Source of the DNA: an uncultured Candidatus Saccharibacteria bacterium
Lineage (GTDB): Bacteria; Patescibacteriota; UBA1384; 2-12-FULL-50-11
Direction: 5' to 3'
Assembly (NCBI GenBank): GCA_964348645.1
Contig: CAYGDK010000001.1
Location: 14,426 to 68,669 of the forward strand
DNA: 54,244 nucleotides
Part shown: piece by piece, positions 35,767 to 44,450 of the stretch
Position numbering within the stretch: the first letter of the stretch is position 1
How the letters are laid out: each line of letters begins with the position of its first letter
Translations under genes and position numbers: made by a program
Notes under the pieces: model-generated
Told to the model about the DNA's origin: nothing
What the model saw: only the letters and a program-made list of their open reading frames with translations
Databases searched by the model: none

Positions 35767-37098
35767 TTATGGGCGAATTCTTACGAGGAATGGACCACTT
35801 CTTGCTATCCAATGGCTATCCCTTACCACGAAAGCCTCAATCCAATGTGTGCCAATATAAAGTGAGGATTCTTTGCGAGTATCACCCTGGCCGCTGACCA
35901 CAAATCCTCCGCGCAGACCACTTACTTGCCTAGCATGATCACCCGTGTTTACCACCTGCCAATGAATTGTGTAGGGCTGTGGGACGTCGGTTTGGGCCGT
36001 GAAGTATAAGTTCCAGTTTTGCTCAACAATATCATTTGAGCTAAAACTTGATTCCGGGCCCTCCCATTTACGACGGAACCCCTTCTTGGGTGCCTGCATT
36101 CTTTTAATCGCTCGTACCGTTGCTTTATAACTGCTCGATAGGTGCGACCAAGGAACTGGTTGCCGATGAGAGTAGTCTGCCAATTCGGGCACTTCTGCCT
36201 CAACGATTGACCTGTTTTTTGCCTCAGGGAAGTCATCCCCTAACAATTTACGCCACAAGACAGCGCTTTGTATTTCACTTTCTTCCGCAAATGCCTGCTC
36301 GGCCACTACCGCTGCTGCCAATACTTCCCGCCGGAAATCTTTGTAATGAGCAGTCTCCCAGCGTTCAGCAAAATCTTCCTCTGACATCACGGGGTTTGGT
36401 ACCGGAGGCGGCGAATCTGGGTGTTGCTCAAGCATTCCAGCAATACCGGACAAAGTAATCGTTAAGTTATCGGCATCAGTTTCATCGTTGAGAAACGACA
36501 TCGAAGCTATAACTTGAAGTGTTACAGATTTTATCGCCTGATTAACATTTTGGTTGAAATCCCGCCAGCGCTTGAGCATCTTCACGGTCCGTAAAAAGTT
36601 GTCTCCCTGGTTTTTGCACCACTCCGTATAGGCTTTTGGATTACTAAGCACCCAACCATCACTACGCTGCGGTATTTCAATAAACCCTTCTGTTTCACTC
36701 AACCGTGCGGGAACAAGATCAACGTGGAACCCACCAATTTCTTCATCAGCATATTGCAGCCGAACGCACGACTCTTTACGTGGGTTGGTCACTACCATGG
36801 TTTTGTACGTACCGTTCTCTAGTAGGGCATTTTCCAAGATAGTAAGCGCTTCTAAAGCTGTTTGCCTCGCTTCGGCACAGAGCACAACTAGATCAACATC
36901 ATACTCACCATCTTCGAGTGGCTTGACAGACGTCTCGTTAGCGTAAGAGCCTTGAAGAAAGAAGTCATCTTTAGTAATCCCGAAGTAGTTTGAAAGATAG
37001 CCTGTCAAACCGCCTACGGCATCGTTGATTCGCTCGTGCTGCTTGTCTCCGAGCGAAATTTTTTCAACAAATTCGCTGAACGACGAATTTAATTTCAT
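35767..37098 (-). CDS. SMODS/CD-NTase-like nucleotidyltransferase with a long beta-rich C-terminal extension (possibly AGS-C-like)
   Basis: ATG 37098 has GGAGG upstream. Motifs FFLQGSYANETSVKP, DVDLVVL and GGFHVDLVPAR. The C-terminal ~200 aa end WQVVNTGDHARQVSGLRGGF...THWIEAFVV. The track ORF start at 37179 looks spurious. Confidence 0.7.
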   Translation of the reverse strand: MKLNSSFSEFVEKISLGDKQHERINDAVGGLTGYLSNYFGITKDDFFLQGSYANETSVKPLEDGEYDVDLVVLCAEARQTALEALTILENALLENGTYKTMVVTNPRKESCVRLQYADEEIGGFHVDLVPARLSETEGFIEIPQRSDGWVLSNPKAYTEWCKNQGDNFLRTVKMLKRWRDFNQNVNQAIKSVTLQVIASMSFLNDETDADNLTITLSGIAGMLEQHPDSPPPVPNPVMSEEDFAERWETAHYKDFRREVLAAAVVAEQAFAEESEIQSAVLWRKLLGDDFPEAKNRSIVEAEVPELADYSHRQPVPWSHLSSSYKATVRAIKRMQAPKKGFRRKWEGPESSFSSNDIVEQNWNLYFTAQTDVPQPYTIHWQVVNTGDHARQVSGLRGGFVVSGQGDTRKESSLYIGTHWIEAFVVRDSHWIARSGPFLVRIRP

Positions 37099-37676
37099 TT
37101 CTTTTTCCTCCAATGAGACCAGTAGATATTGCGAAGCATGAGCAGGAACCGCGGCGCTCGCCACCACGACAACTGCCATCGCACATCACGCAGAAAACGC
37201 CGAGACTCTTTGTCGATCTCGTCAAAAGTAGCAATTTCTTTTGAACGTTCCGTGGATGACAGTGCTGTCTTTAAACTTTTCCAACGAGGAGTAAGCGGAC
37301 GCTGCCAGGCATCAATTATTGGATCTTCAAGTGAGGCCTTAATCTTTGTCACTAGTTTTTGGTAGGCTCGTCCTAGCCACAGGGACTCGGTATAAATCCA
37401 GCCCTGGTTGTAAAGAATCTTTTCCTGAAGTTCGTGAAATCGATCTACTAGCACATCAGCTTCTCTTTTGGTTTTACCCCGTCGGCGAATTCGGTAGAGC
37501 ATCTCTCCCCAGGCAAGAATATCTTGATAAGCTTGGGCATATAACGTTCTACGTCGTTGTCTCTTTTCGCTTGAATATGCCGCGTAAGCCACAATTAAAG
37601 CAACCAAAATCGTACCGACGATTGTCAAAATTGGTGATAAATTTAGTAGCTGCTTTATATTTGGCATTGCCGTCAT
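37095..37676 (-). CDS. Single-pass membrane protein, unknown family, translationally coupled to the NTase
   Basis: The stop overlaps the NTase ATG (ATGA). One TM (ILTIVGTILVALIVAYAAY) is followed by a basic helical region. Start is uncertain: ATG 37676, ATG 37667 or TTG 37724, none with a good SD. Confidence 0.55.
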   Translation of the reverse strand: MTAMPNIKQLLNLSPILTIVGTILVALIVAYAAYSSEKRQRRRTLYAQAYQDILAWGEMLYRIRRRGKTKREADVLVDRFHELQEKILYNQGWIYTESLWLGRAYQKLVTKIKASLEDPIIDAWQRPLTPRWKSLKTALSSTERSKEIATFDEIDKESRRFLRDVRWQLSWWRAPRFLLMLRNIYWSHWRKKK

Positions 37677-37865
37677 CTTAGCGGAAATTAACCAGACAGA
37701 AAATGGTCTGGACGTGAGTTCCAAGCAAAAAAGCTAGCCAAAGAACAGGTAGATACCCTCATTCGCAAAGGCTACTACAACTTTCGAAACGGGGATCATA
37801 GATCAGTAATACGCCCAGGTTGTGGAACAATTTATCCTTTTGTGTTTCTGTACAATTAGATAAGA

Positions 37866-39170
37866 ATGACGACAGACTTTCGTAAATTTTTACGCGGATT
37901 ACTTTGGTTTATAGGGATTGCCATTGGACTTCTATATCTGTCTTGGATTACGGTTGGATTCGGTTTTGCCTGGTTACTGTATAAAGCTTTCAAGAGTAGC
38001 CGGACAAATTACGCTCACCATTCAGGAAAACTAACGAGCGATCAATATACTCAAGTTCTTGGCCATATGTTCCGTCGAATAAAAACCAACTGGATCGTGC
38101 AGAAAGTCTGGAAAGGCGGCTTATTCACGGCTAAATGGGTCGTTCGATTAAGTATCCTCCTGTCGCTAATCCTCAATATGATTTTGCTTTGGTACGTTTA
38201 CCAATATCGGACCGGTCAGGTGGATTACGAATTGAAATGCGGCCAAGCCGATATTCAAACGGCTTCTGATTCAGTCGTCTTAATTGAGGGCGAGGAGGGT
38301 GTTGGTAGTGGTTTCTTTGTGGAGAAAAACTTTATTGTCACCAACAATCACGTCGTCGATCACAATCCAATCACAAAAATTTTGATCGGCGATCAAGACC
38401 TGGCTTCCGTTGCACGCGTGGTAGCCACCGACTCATTACGCGACATCGCTCTTATTAAGATCACTAGCTACAACGATATGCCGTTCTTACATGGAGCAAC
38501 CAGGCCAGTAGTCCCGGTTGATGAAGTTTACGCTATCGGCTACCCACTTGGTCGGAATCTATCGATTTCCAAAGGTATTGTTTCGGCTCTGACGCTCGAC
38601 GACTATGATGATCGTCGCTTTATTCAGACCGATGCGGCTATCATCCCGGGCAACTCTGGTGGCCCGTTGGTGGATATCTGCGGTAAAGTCGTCGGGATGA
38701 ACACTCAAACCCTCCAGGGACAAGAAAACGTTGGTTTTGCCATTGAGTACTCCCAACTCAACGATCGCATCCAGGCGATGATTAAGACGGCCGAGGGCGC
38801 GACTCCACAGGAAATCCAGCTCAACTACCCATCCGAGCAAGCTGAGGTCGTAGCGAAGTACTACACGACCTTAGGTGGCGGTGCCTTGCAGGAAGCCTAC
38901 GACTTCTACGCGGCAGGTAGAAAAGCTAAGCTACCATTCGAAAGCTGGCAAAAAGGGCTGGATCGAACAATCTTTATTCGTTTGGTCTCCGTTGAGCTAA
39001 CTGACAAGCCCAATACCATTAAAGTTCACTTTTACGCTACTGAAGAAAAAGAAGATAATCCCTGGGAGTGGAAAACTGGCGAGTTTGAGGGGACTTGGAC
39101 ATTGCTGCGCGAAGGTGGCTTGTGGAAAATGAACGAATCGAATATTAAAGATATAACTAAGCCCCAATAA
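37866..39170 (+). CDS. Membrane-anchored trypsin-like (S1C/HtrA-type) serine protease with an extra C-terminal domain
   Basis: Three N-terminal TM helices. Catalytic triad context TNNHVV, DIALIKI, GNSGGPLVD. The C-terminal ~110 aa are unassigned and there is no PDZ domain. Confidence 0.8.
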   Translation: MTTDFRKFLRGLLWFIGIAIGLLYLSWITVGFGFAWLLYKAFKSSRTNYAHHSGKLTSDQYTQVLGHMFRRIKTNWIVQKVWKGGLFTAKWVVRLSILLSLILNMILLWYVYQYRTGQVDYELKCGQADIQTASDSVVLIEGEEGVGSGFFVEKNFIVTNNHVVDHNPITKILIGDQDLASVARVVATDSLRDIALIKITSYNDMPFLHGATRPVVPVDEVYAIGYPLGRNLSISKGIVSALTLDDYDDRRFIQTDAAIIPGNSGGPLVDICGKVVGMNTQTLQGQENVGFAIEYSQLNDRIQAMIKTAEGATPQEIQLNYPSEQAEVVAKYYTTLGGGALQEAYDFYAAGRKAKLPFESWQKGLDRTIFIRLVSVELTDKPNTIKVHFYATEEKEDNPWEWKTGEFEGTWTLLREGGLWKMNESNIKDITKPQ

Positions 39171-39173
39171 ACA

Positions 39174-39380
39174 ATGAAGCCATTACTATCCGAACACGAC
39201 AGTAAGCTCATTTCTATCCTCACCCCAAGTGAGCAGATAATTATTGTGATGTATTACGGTTTAGGCGATCGGCACTACAATCTCAAAGAAATTGCCAAGA
39301 AATTCGACATTTCACCACAGACAGTTAGTAAGTATCGCGATAAAGCTTTGCAAAAACTGGAAAAACACACAGGAAAGTAG
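39174..39380 (+). CDS. Sigma-70 region-4-only HTH protein
   Basis: 68 aa; EQIIIVMYYGLGDRHYNLKEIAKKFDISPQTVSKYRDKALQKL matches sigma region 4.2. Starts 3 nt after the protease stop. Confidence 0.65.
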   Translation: MKPLLSEHDSKLISILTPSEQIIIVMYYGLGDRHYNLKEIAKKFDISPQTVSKYRDKALQKLEKHTGK

Positions 39381-39393
39381 ACCAGAGCCGGTT

Positions 39394-39543
39394 TTATTCC
39401 CGACCAATTTTATAGGTTTCGAGCTTTTCTATTTCTTCTTTGGTCTTGGCTTCGTAATTACACTGAGAACAACGGTAAAAAGAGGGTTGGTCTTTGATCC
39501 CAATCATTGTTCCCCGGCATTTTGGACACTTTTTGTATTGCAT
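39394..39543 (-). CDS. 49-aa zinc-ribbon protein (below the ORF-track cutoff)
   Basis: Hand translation: MQYKKCPKCRGTMIGIKDQPSFYRCSQCNYEAKTKEEIEKLETYKIGRE, with CxxC...CxxC. Confidence 0.5.
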   Translation of the reverse strand: MQYKKCPKCRGTMIGIKDQPSFYRCSQCNYEAKTKEEIEKLETYKIGRE

Positions 39544-39638
39544 ATTGCTTAACCAAACCTAATGGAAAAACCTCCTTCTTTCAATAATTAGCGAAAGATG
39601 AGCTATTTTTTCAGGGAGCAGTGCTATAATATCCGTAT

Positions 39639-39857
39639 ATGGTTAGTAACAAGAGTGGGAAAAGTCGGAAAGAACTTGGCGAAAAACTTCGACGGGTGCG
39701 CGAGCAAGCTGGTTTGACCCAAGCCGATGTTGCCGAGAAAGCCGATCTTCATGCTAATTACTACGCTCGAATCGAGCGCGGCGAAGAGAACCCTACTTTT
39801 GAGAAGCTTCAGAGCATTATGAAAGCCCTGAAGATCAAGTCTCTCGACCTGCTTTAA
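39639..39857 (+). CDS. XRE-family HTH transcriptional regulator
   Basis: 72 aa; LGEKLRRVREQAGLTQADVAEKADLHANYYARIERGEENPTFEKL. Confidence 0.85.
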   Translation: MVSNKSGKSRKELGEKLRRVREQAGLTQADVAEKADLHANYYARIERGEENPTFEKLQSIMKALKIKSLDLL

Positions 39858-39966
39858 TCATTTTCAGTAGGAGTGTCATTAACAAATGCCTGTCGTAACT
39901 GGTCCAACCAACTAAGCAGGTGTTCGTATGAAAGTCTCTCAAGCGCACAGTTAAGATATATTTGTT

Positions 39967-40039
39967 GCCCTCATAGCTCAGTGGATAGAGCGTTGGTTTC
40001 CGGTACCAAAGGCCGCTGGTTCGAGTCCAGCTGAGGGCA
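39967..40039 (+). tRNA. tRNA-Arg (anticodon CCG)
   Basis: GCCCTCA-TA-GCTC-AGTGGATA-GAGC-G-TTGGT-TTCCGGT-ACCAA-AGGCC-GCTGG-TTCGAGT-CCAGC-TGAGGGC-A. Confidence 0.88.
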
Positions 40040-40046
40040 CAGAAGC

Positions 40047-42287
40047 TTATATCCGAACCCTTTTCAGCAATAGTGAGTTAAGCACCACTGATATGGAGCT
40101 AGCTGCCATTGCGGCTGAGGCAAAGATCGGACTAAGGAGAATCCCCCAGGTTGGGAATAGAATGCCCGCTGCTACTGGAATGAGCAGGATATTGTAGCCA
40201 AAAGCCCAAACCAAATTCATCCGTATTGTCCCCATCGTCTTGCGACTCAAACGAATCGCAGATGTTAAGCTGCGTAGGTCTTTGTTGATCAGTGTAATAT
40301 CGGCCGCCTCAATCGCCACATCTGTGCCGCTGCCCATTGCGATGCCGTTGTCGGCGGCTGCGAGCGCGGGTGCATCGTTAATGCCATCTCCTACCATCGC
40401 TACGTGGAATCCTTTATGTTGCAGCTTACGTATTTCGCCTTCCTTATCCTGCGGGAGAACTTCTGCTAATACATTCCGTGGCTTAATTCCTACTTCCTTG
40501 GCAATAGCCTCGGCAACGCGACGATTATCACCTGTGATCATAAATATCTCTAGGCCAAGGTCGGTAAGTTCTTTAATAGCCTGTTTTGAAGTTGGCCTTA
40601 GCGTATCTGCAACGGCGACAATTCCGGAAGCCTTTTGATTAATTGCCACCAGCATTGCTGTCTTGCCTTCGTTCTCGAGTCGTTCAAGCTCCGCAATTTG
40701 TTTTCCGGAAAGTGAGATTTGGTTCTCGCTCAATAGTTTTCGGTTTCCTATCAGAACAGCTTGACCATTAACATTTGCCGTAACACCTTGTCCGGAAAGA
40801 GCATTGAATTCAGAGGTCTTGGACAGCCCTAATTTTCTATCTTTAGCGCCATCAACAATTGCCGACGCGAGTGCATGCTCTGACAGACTTTCGACACTTG
40901 CGGCTAGGGCTAGTAGTACTTTCTCATCAACTGACCAGGCGACAACGTCTGTCAAAATTGGTTGACCATTTGTTAGTGTGCCAGTTTTGTCAAAGACAAT
41001 TGCACTGACCTTGTGCGCAGTCTCAAGCGCTTCGGCATCTTTAATTAGGATACCCTTTTCGGCGCCCCGGCCAGTCCCAACCATTATCGCGGTTGGCGTA
41101 GCTAGGCCCATGGCACAGGGACAGGCGATAATTAGCACCGTTACCATGTTTAGTAGGGCGTAGGTCATTGCGGGGCTCGGGCCAACTACATACCAGAGCA
41201 CGAACGTTGCGATCGCGATCATCATAACAATCGGGACGAAATACGATGAGACGGTGTCAGCTAATCGCTGAATTGGAGCTTTTGATCCCTGCGCGTCTTC
41301 GACAAGTTTAATGATCTGGGCAAGCATTGTTTCAGAGCCAACCTTTTCCGCTACGAGCGTAAAACTACCGGTCTTGTTAAGTGTTGCACCAATAACAAGG
41401 TCACCGACTTTTTTAGTTGAAGGTATGGACTCACCAGTCACCATTGACTCATCAATGCTTGACTGGCCATCGACAACCTTGCCATCGACGGGGATTTTTT
41501 CTCCTGGACGAACGAGGATGTGATCACCCTTCACCACCTGCTCAATCGGCAAATCAATTTCTTTGCCAGCACGAATCACACGTGCAGTCTTGGCCTGTAG
41601 GCTCATTAGCTTCTTAATCGCCTGGCTTGTCCGCTTCTTAGCGATAGCCTCTAGGTAGCGGCCTAAAAGTATTAGGGTAATGACTATTACCGAGACATCA
41701 AAGTAAGGCATAACTTCGACATCAAGTTTTGCAAAAGTGTCTGGGAAGAATGCGATATAGGCAGAGTAGAGATAAGCAACTAAAGTACCTAAGGCAATTA
41801 ATGTGTCCATATTTGCACTCCGGTGTAGCAAAGCTTTCCAAGTGCTCTTGTAGAATTGCCAAGCCGCCCAAAATTGTATGGGCGTTGCTATGACTAATTG
41901 AACGTATACATTTTTTAGAAGTTCCGGCGCTGTTTCCATTAGTCCGGGGAAGCTTCCCCACAGGATAAGGAGTCCGGCAACAATACCGGCGATGATCTTT
42001 GGTCGAAGAGTCTTAATTTCCTGTTCGCGCATCATGGCCTGATGGTCGGGGTGTTCGCTGCCAGCGGGAACAGCTTTGTAGCCAGTCCGGTCTACGGCTG
42101 CCTCCAAATCCTGACGTGTGGCGTGAGTTTGGTCGTAAGTAACGGTTGCCTTACCTGTTGCAAGATTGACGTTTGCTTCTTGGACGCCCTTAACTTTGGA
42201 AAGTGAACGCTCAATCGTTAATACGCAGCTTGCGCAATGCATGCCTTCGATGTTGAGTGTTTCTTTTTTGTGAGATGAATGACCCAT
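40047..42287 (-). CDS. copA: Copper-translocating P1B-type ATPase
   Basis: N-terminal HMA domain (GMHCASC), CPC motif ([12 protein letters not shown]), DKTGTLT and GDGINDAP. Confidence 0.93.
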   Translation of the reverse strand: MGHSSHKKETLNIEGMHCASCVLTIERSLSKVKGVQEANVNLATGKATVTYDQTHATRQDLEAAVDRTGYKAVPAGSEHPDHQAMMREQEIKTLRPKIIAGIVAGLLILWGSFPGLMETAPELLKNVYVQLVIATPIQFWAAWQFYKSTWKALLHRSANMDTLIALGTLVAYLYSAYIAFFPDTFAKLDVEVMPYFDVSVIVITLILLGRYLEAIAKKRTSQAIKKLMSLQAKTARVIRAGKEIDLPIEQVVKGDHILVRPGEKIPVDGKVVDGQSSIDESMVTGESIPSTKKVGDLVIGATLNKTGSFTLVAEKVGSETMLAQIIKLVEDAQGSKAPIQRLADTVSSYFVPIVMMIAIATFVLWYVVGPSPAMTYALLNMVTVLIIACPCAMGLATPTAIMVGTGRGAEKGILIKDAEALETAHKVSAIVFDKTGTLTNGQPILTDVVAWSVDEKVLLALAASVESLSEHALASAIVDGAKDRKLGLSKTSEFNALSGQGVTANVNGQAVLIGNRKLLSENQISLSGKQIAELERLENEGKTAMLVAINQKASGIVAVADTLRPTSKQAIKELTDLGLEIFMITGDNRRVAEAIAKEVGIKPRNVLAEVLPQDKEGEIRKLQHKGFHVAMVGDGINDAPALAAADNGIAMGSGTDVAIEAADITLINKDLRSLTSAIRLSRKTMGTIRMNLVWAFGYNILLIPVAAGILFPTWGILLSPIFASAAMAASSISVVLNSLLLKRVRI

Positions 42288-42400
42288 TAATGATGGTGCT
42301 CCTCATTTTGGCTCCGGTCGGACTTGCCTAGAAAAAACCAATAAACAAATATAATTAACAGGACTCCTGCCGCTCCTACGATTATTTTGTCAGCCGACAT
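42287..42400 (-). CDS. 37-aa membrane peptide with an acidic/His tail, translationally coupled to copA (tentative)
   Basis: Hand translation: [37 protein letters not shown]. Its TAA shares an A with the copA ATG (TAATG). Confidence 0.4.
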   Translation of the reverse strand: MSADKIIVGAAGVLLIIFVYWFFLGKSDRSQNEEHHH

Positions 42401-42608
42401 GGGGTACCGCCTTGTAGCTACTCAACTCCTTCACGGCTGCTATCAGCTCATCTATGTTCATCTGTGACTCGTCCCATTCAATTTCAGCTTGTTTCTTTAA
42501 CGAGTTTACTCGCACTTCTTTTACGGCAGGACAGTCTTCTTCGAGTGCCTCAATTAACATAACGCAGCTGGCGCAGTGTATTTCTGGAATATCAAAAAGT
42601 TGTTTCAT
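42390..42608 (-). CDS. Heavy-metal-associated (CopZ-like) domain protein
   Basis: 72 aa; IPEIHCASCVMLIE metal-binding CxxC in an HMA fold context. Confidence 0.75.
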   Translation of the reverse strand: MKQLFDIPEIHCASCVMLIEALEEDCPAVKEVRVNSLKKQAEIEWDESQMNIDELIAAVKELSSYKAVPHVG

Positions 42609-42616
42609 CCGCCTCC

Positions 42617-43774
42617 TTATTTAAAGTTTATCTTGCCTGTGTACATCCCCATTGAGCAGCTGAATCTTAGCGTGCCGCTCTTTTGTGGTGGTAAATCGAT
42701 CACCTCGGTTCCAGTCTCTTTTAATATTCTCTGGATTCTTAAGCTTGGGATGACAAAAGCAACGCTGCAACTGTAGGTATCTTTGGTTGTCAGTCGGATT
42801 TTGGTCGGCATGTTTGCTTTTGCGTTAATAGTCGACGGTACGTAGCCACTGTCTACTACCTGGATATCAATAATTTGTTCAGTGGTACTGTCTCCGTTAG
42901 AGGTTGGGGTATTCGTCCCTGGGTCGATCGTCTTGGGTTCGAGAGTACTGTTCGTGACTAGACTTTGCTTGATGGCAGCGAAGGAGACTGGAGAGTTAGT
43001 CAGATTAAGTCCAGATTCCAGCGAGTAAAGGCCAAAGATTAACACGAGTACCGCAACGATCCTGACAAAGTTCCTGTGAAGTTTCTCGCCAATCCGTGTG
43101 GTGAAGTAGGCGAGCAAAAAGAATAGGGGGCTCGCGCCAAGAGTAAACGCAAACATTATTAGTGCGCCAGAAATGGGATTTGCCGTACCAATGGCCAGAG
43201 CCATCATCGCTTGTGTAACTCCACACGGAATAAGGACGGTCAGGGCGCCGAGAAAGATTGGAGTGACAAAGTCTGATTCAGAATTCTTGCTGAACCGACG
43301 GATGAACTTGCGGATAAATTTCGGAGGCTGAATGTTGAAAACGTTAAAGATTGGGTGGACGTTAAGCATTCGGAGGGCGGTCCCGATCATGAATATAGCG
43401 ATCGCGAGCATTAGTATCCCTCTGGCAACTGGTCCAAGCTGGAGCGTCGTACCTAGCCATCCAAGCAAGAATCCCAGCAGTGTGTACACAACAATTTTTG
43501 ACACAAGAAAAAGTGTGATTGCGACCGTGGTCTCTTTTCGGTAGACAGCCTCTACCAATTTCGGGCCAGTCGAGTGAGCCTCGTAATAATTAAGCAAATC
43601 ATGTTTGCTGGCATATTTCTTTGGGTCGTAATCAGGATCAGTTTTCTTTCGTGGTTTGAATTCCTCTTCTGTTTCTCTGGCGATCACGTTGGCTAGTAGT
43701 CCGCCTTGAACGGCAAGGCAGCTTAAACCGCCTGTCGTTAATCCTGTTAGGAACACGACCCATAAGCTAGGCAT
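42617..43774 (-). CDS. TauE/DsbD_2-like polytopic membrane protein fused to a C-terminal cupredoxin-like domain
   Basis: N-terminal GGLSCLAVQGGLL motif and multiple TM helices. The C-terminus VVDSGYVPSTINAKANMPTKIRLTT...FSCSMGMYTGKINF is cupredoxin-like. I prefer ATG 43774. Confidence 0.6.
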   Translation of the reverse strand: MPSLWVVFLTGLTTGGLSCLAVQGGLLANVIARETEEEFKPRKKTDPDYDPKKYASKHDLLNYYEAHSTGPKLVEAVYRKETTVAITLFLVSKIVVYTLLGFLLGWLGTTLQLGPVARGILMLAIAIFMIGTALRMLNVHPIFNVFNIQPPKFIRKFIRRFSKNSESDFVTPIFLGALTVLIPCGVTQAMMALAIGTANPISGALIMFAFTLGASPLFFLLAYFTTRIGEKLHRNFVRIVAVLVLIFGLYSLESGLNLTNSPVSFAAIKQSLVTNSTLEPKTIDPGTNTPTSNGDSTTEQIIDIQVVDSGYVPSTINAKANMPTKIRLTTKDTYSCSVAFVIPSLRIQRILKETGTEVIDLPPQKSGTLRFSCSMGMYTGKINFK

Positions 43775-44108
43775 TCTTGGCTGCGCCCTCCGATAATTCC
43801 TCAATCAAGTTTTGCGTAAACTCGTTATCTCGAAGTGAATAAAAAACAGTCTGGGCTTGTTTGTTGGACTGTACGATGTCGGCAGACTTGAGCTTTTTCA
43901 GTTGACGCGATGCTGCAGATACAGAAATATCAACTAGCTCCGCAATATCGGTAACTGATAGCTCGGGGTGATGGCGGAATAGGTAGCAAATCTTCATAGC
44001 GGTGGGGTCGCCAATCGTGCCATGGCGGTGAGCACACGCCTTAACTGCTTCGCTGTTGGCAATCTCTTTTTTTATTGCTCGAATTTTCTTAGTTGCGTCC
44101 ATACGCAA
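43767..44108 (-). CDS. ArsR/SmtB-family metalloregulator
   Basis: LSVTDIAELVDISVSAASRQLKKLKSADIVQSNKQAQTVFYSL winged HTH; heads the copper operon. Confidence 0.8.
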   Translation of the reverse strand: MRMDATKKIRAIKKEIANSEAVKACAHRHGTIGDPTAMKICYLFRHHPELSVTDIAELVDISVSAASRQLKKLKSADIVQSNKQAQTVFYSLRDNEFTQNLIEELSEGAAKNA

Positions 44109-44195
44109 ATACTAACCCCAAGCTTACTTGCATGTCAAGGAAAGTACGTATACCTCCCGACGCCTCTCACTTGTTTCTCTGCTACTATAGAAGTA

Positions 44196-44450
44196 ATGAA
44201 ACTCGATCCGCACGAGAAAGAGGGGATGGAAAATCTTGATCGACTGGTCAAGGCAATTGATCGTGCCTATCACCATCCTGCTCCATTAGTCTGGCGCGGG
44301 TTCTTGATTGGTCTTGCCTCAGGATTGGGTGCGACTCTCGGTGTGGCTTTAGTGTTGACGATACTTGGGTACTTTCTACGCGAACTTGGCGGCTTACCGT
44401 TTATAGGTGACTGGCTGCAGGGCGTCGGTAACAACCTTAACCGTTTTTAA
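44196..44450 (+). CDS. Small membrane protein, unknown function
   Basis: I prefer ATG 44196 (MKLDPHEKEG...). Hydrophobic segments: RGFLIGLASGLGATLGVALVLTILGYFL. Confidence 0.55.
   Translation: MKLDPHEKEGMENLDRLVKAIDRAYHHPAPLVWRGFLIGLASGLGATLGVALVLTILGYFLRELGGLPFIGDWLQGVGNNLNRF

Noticed and set aside
11199-40039. Idea that the 19-nt D-arm identity (TAGCTCAGTGGATAGAGCG) between tRNA-Arg(TCG) and tRNA-Arg(CCG) marks att sites of one 29-kb element
   Set aside because: This D-arm sequence is generic to many tRNAs. In addition, the truncated copy at 11136 matches the acceptor stem of the TCG tRNA, not the CCG tRNA. It therefore does not support that specific boundary model.
40240-41617. Several 60-130-aa ORFs on the plus strand inside copA, and similar antisense ORFs inside typA, thrS, glyA, hsdR, the T4CP gene and the SMODS gene
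   Set aside because: They are fully embedded antisense to long, motif-rich genes, have low-complexity Ser/Arg/Pro-rich translations and lack SD sequences. These are typical shadow ORFs.
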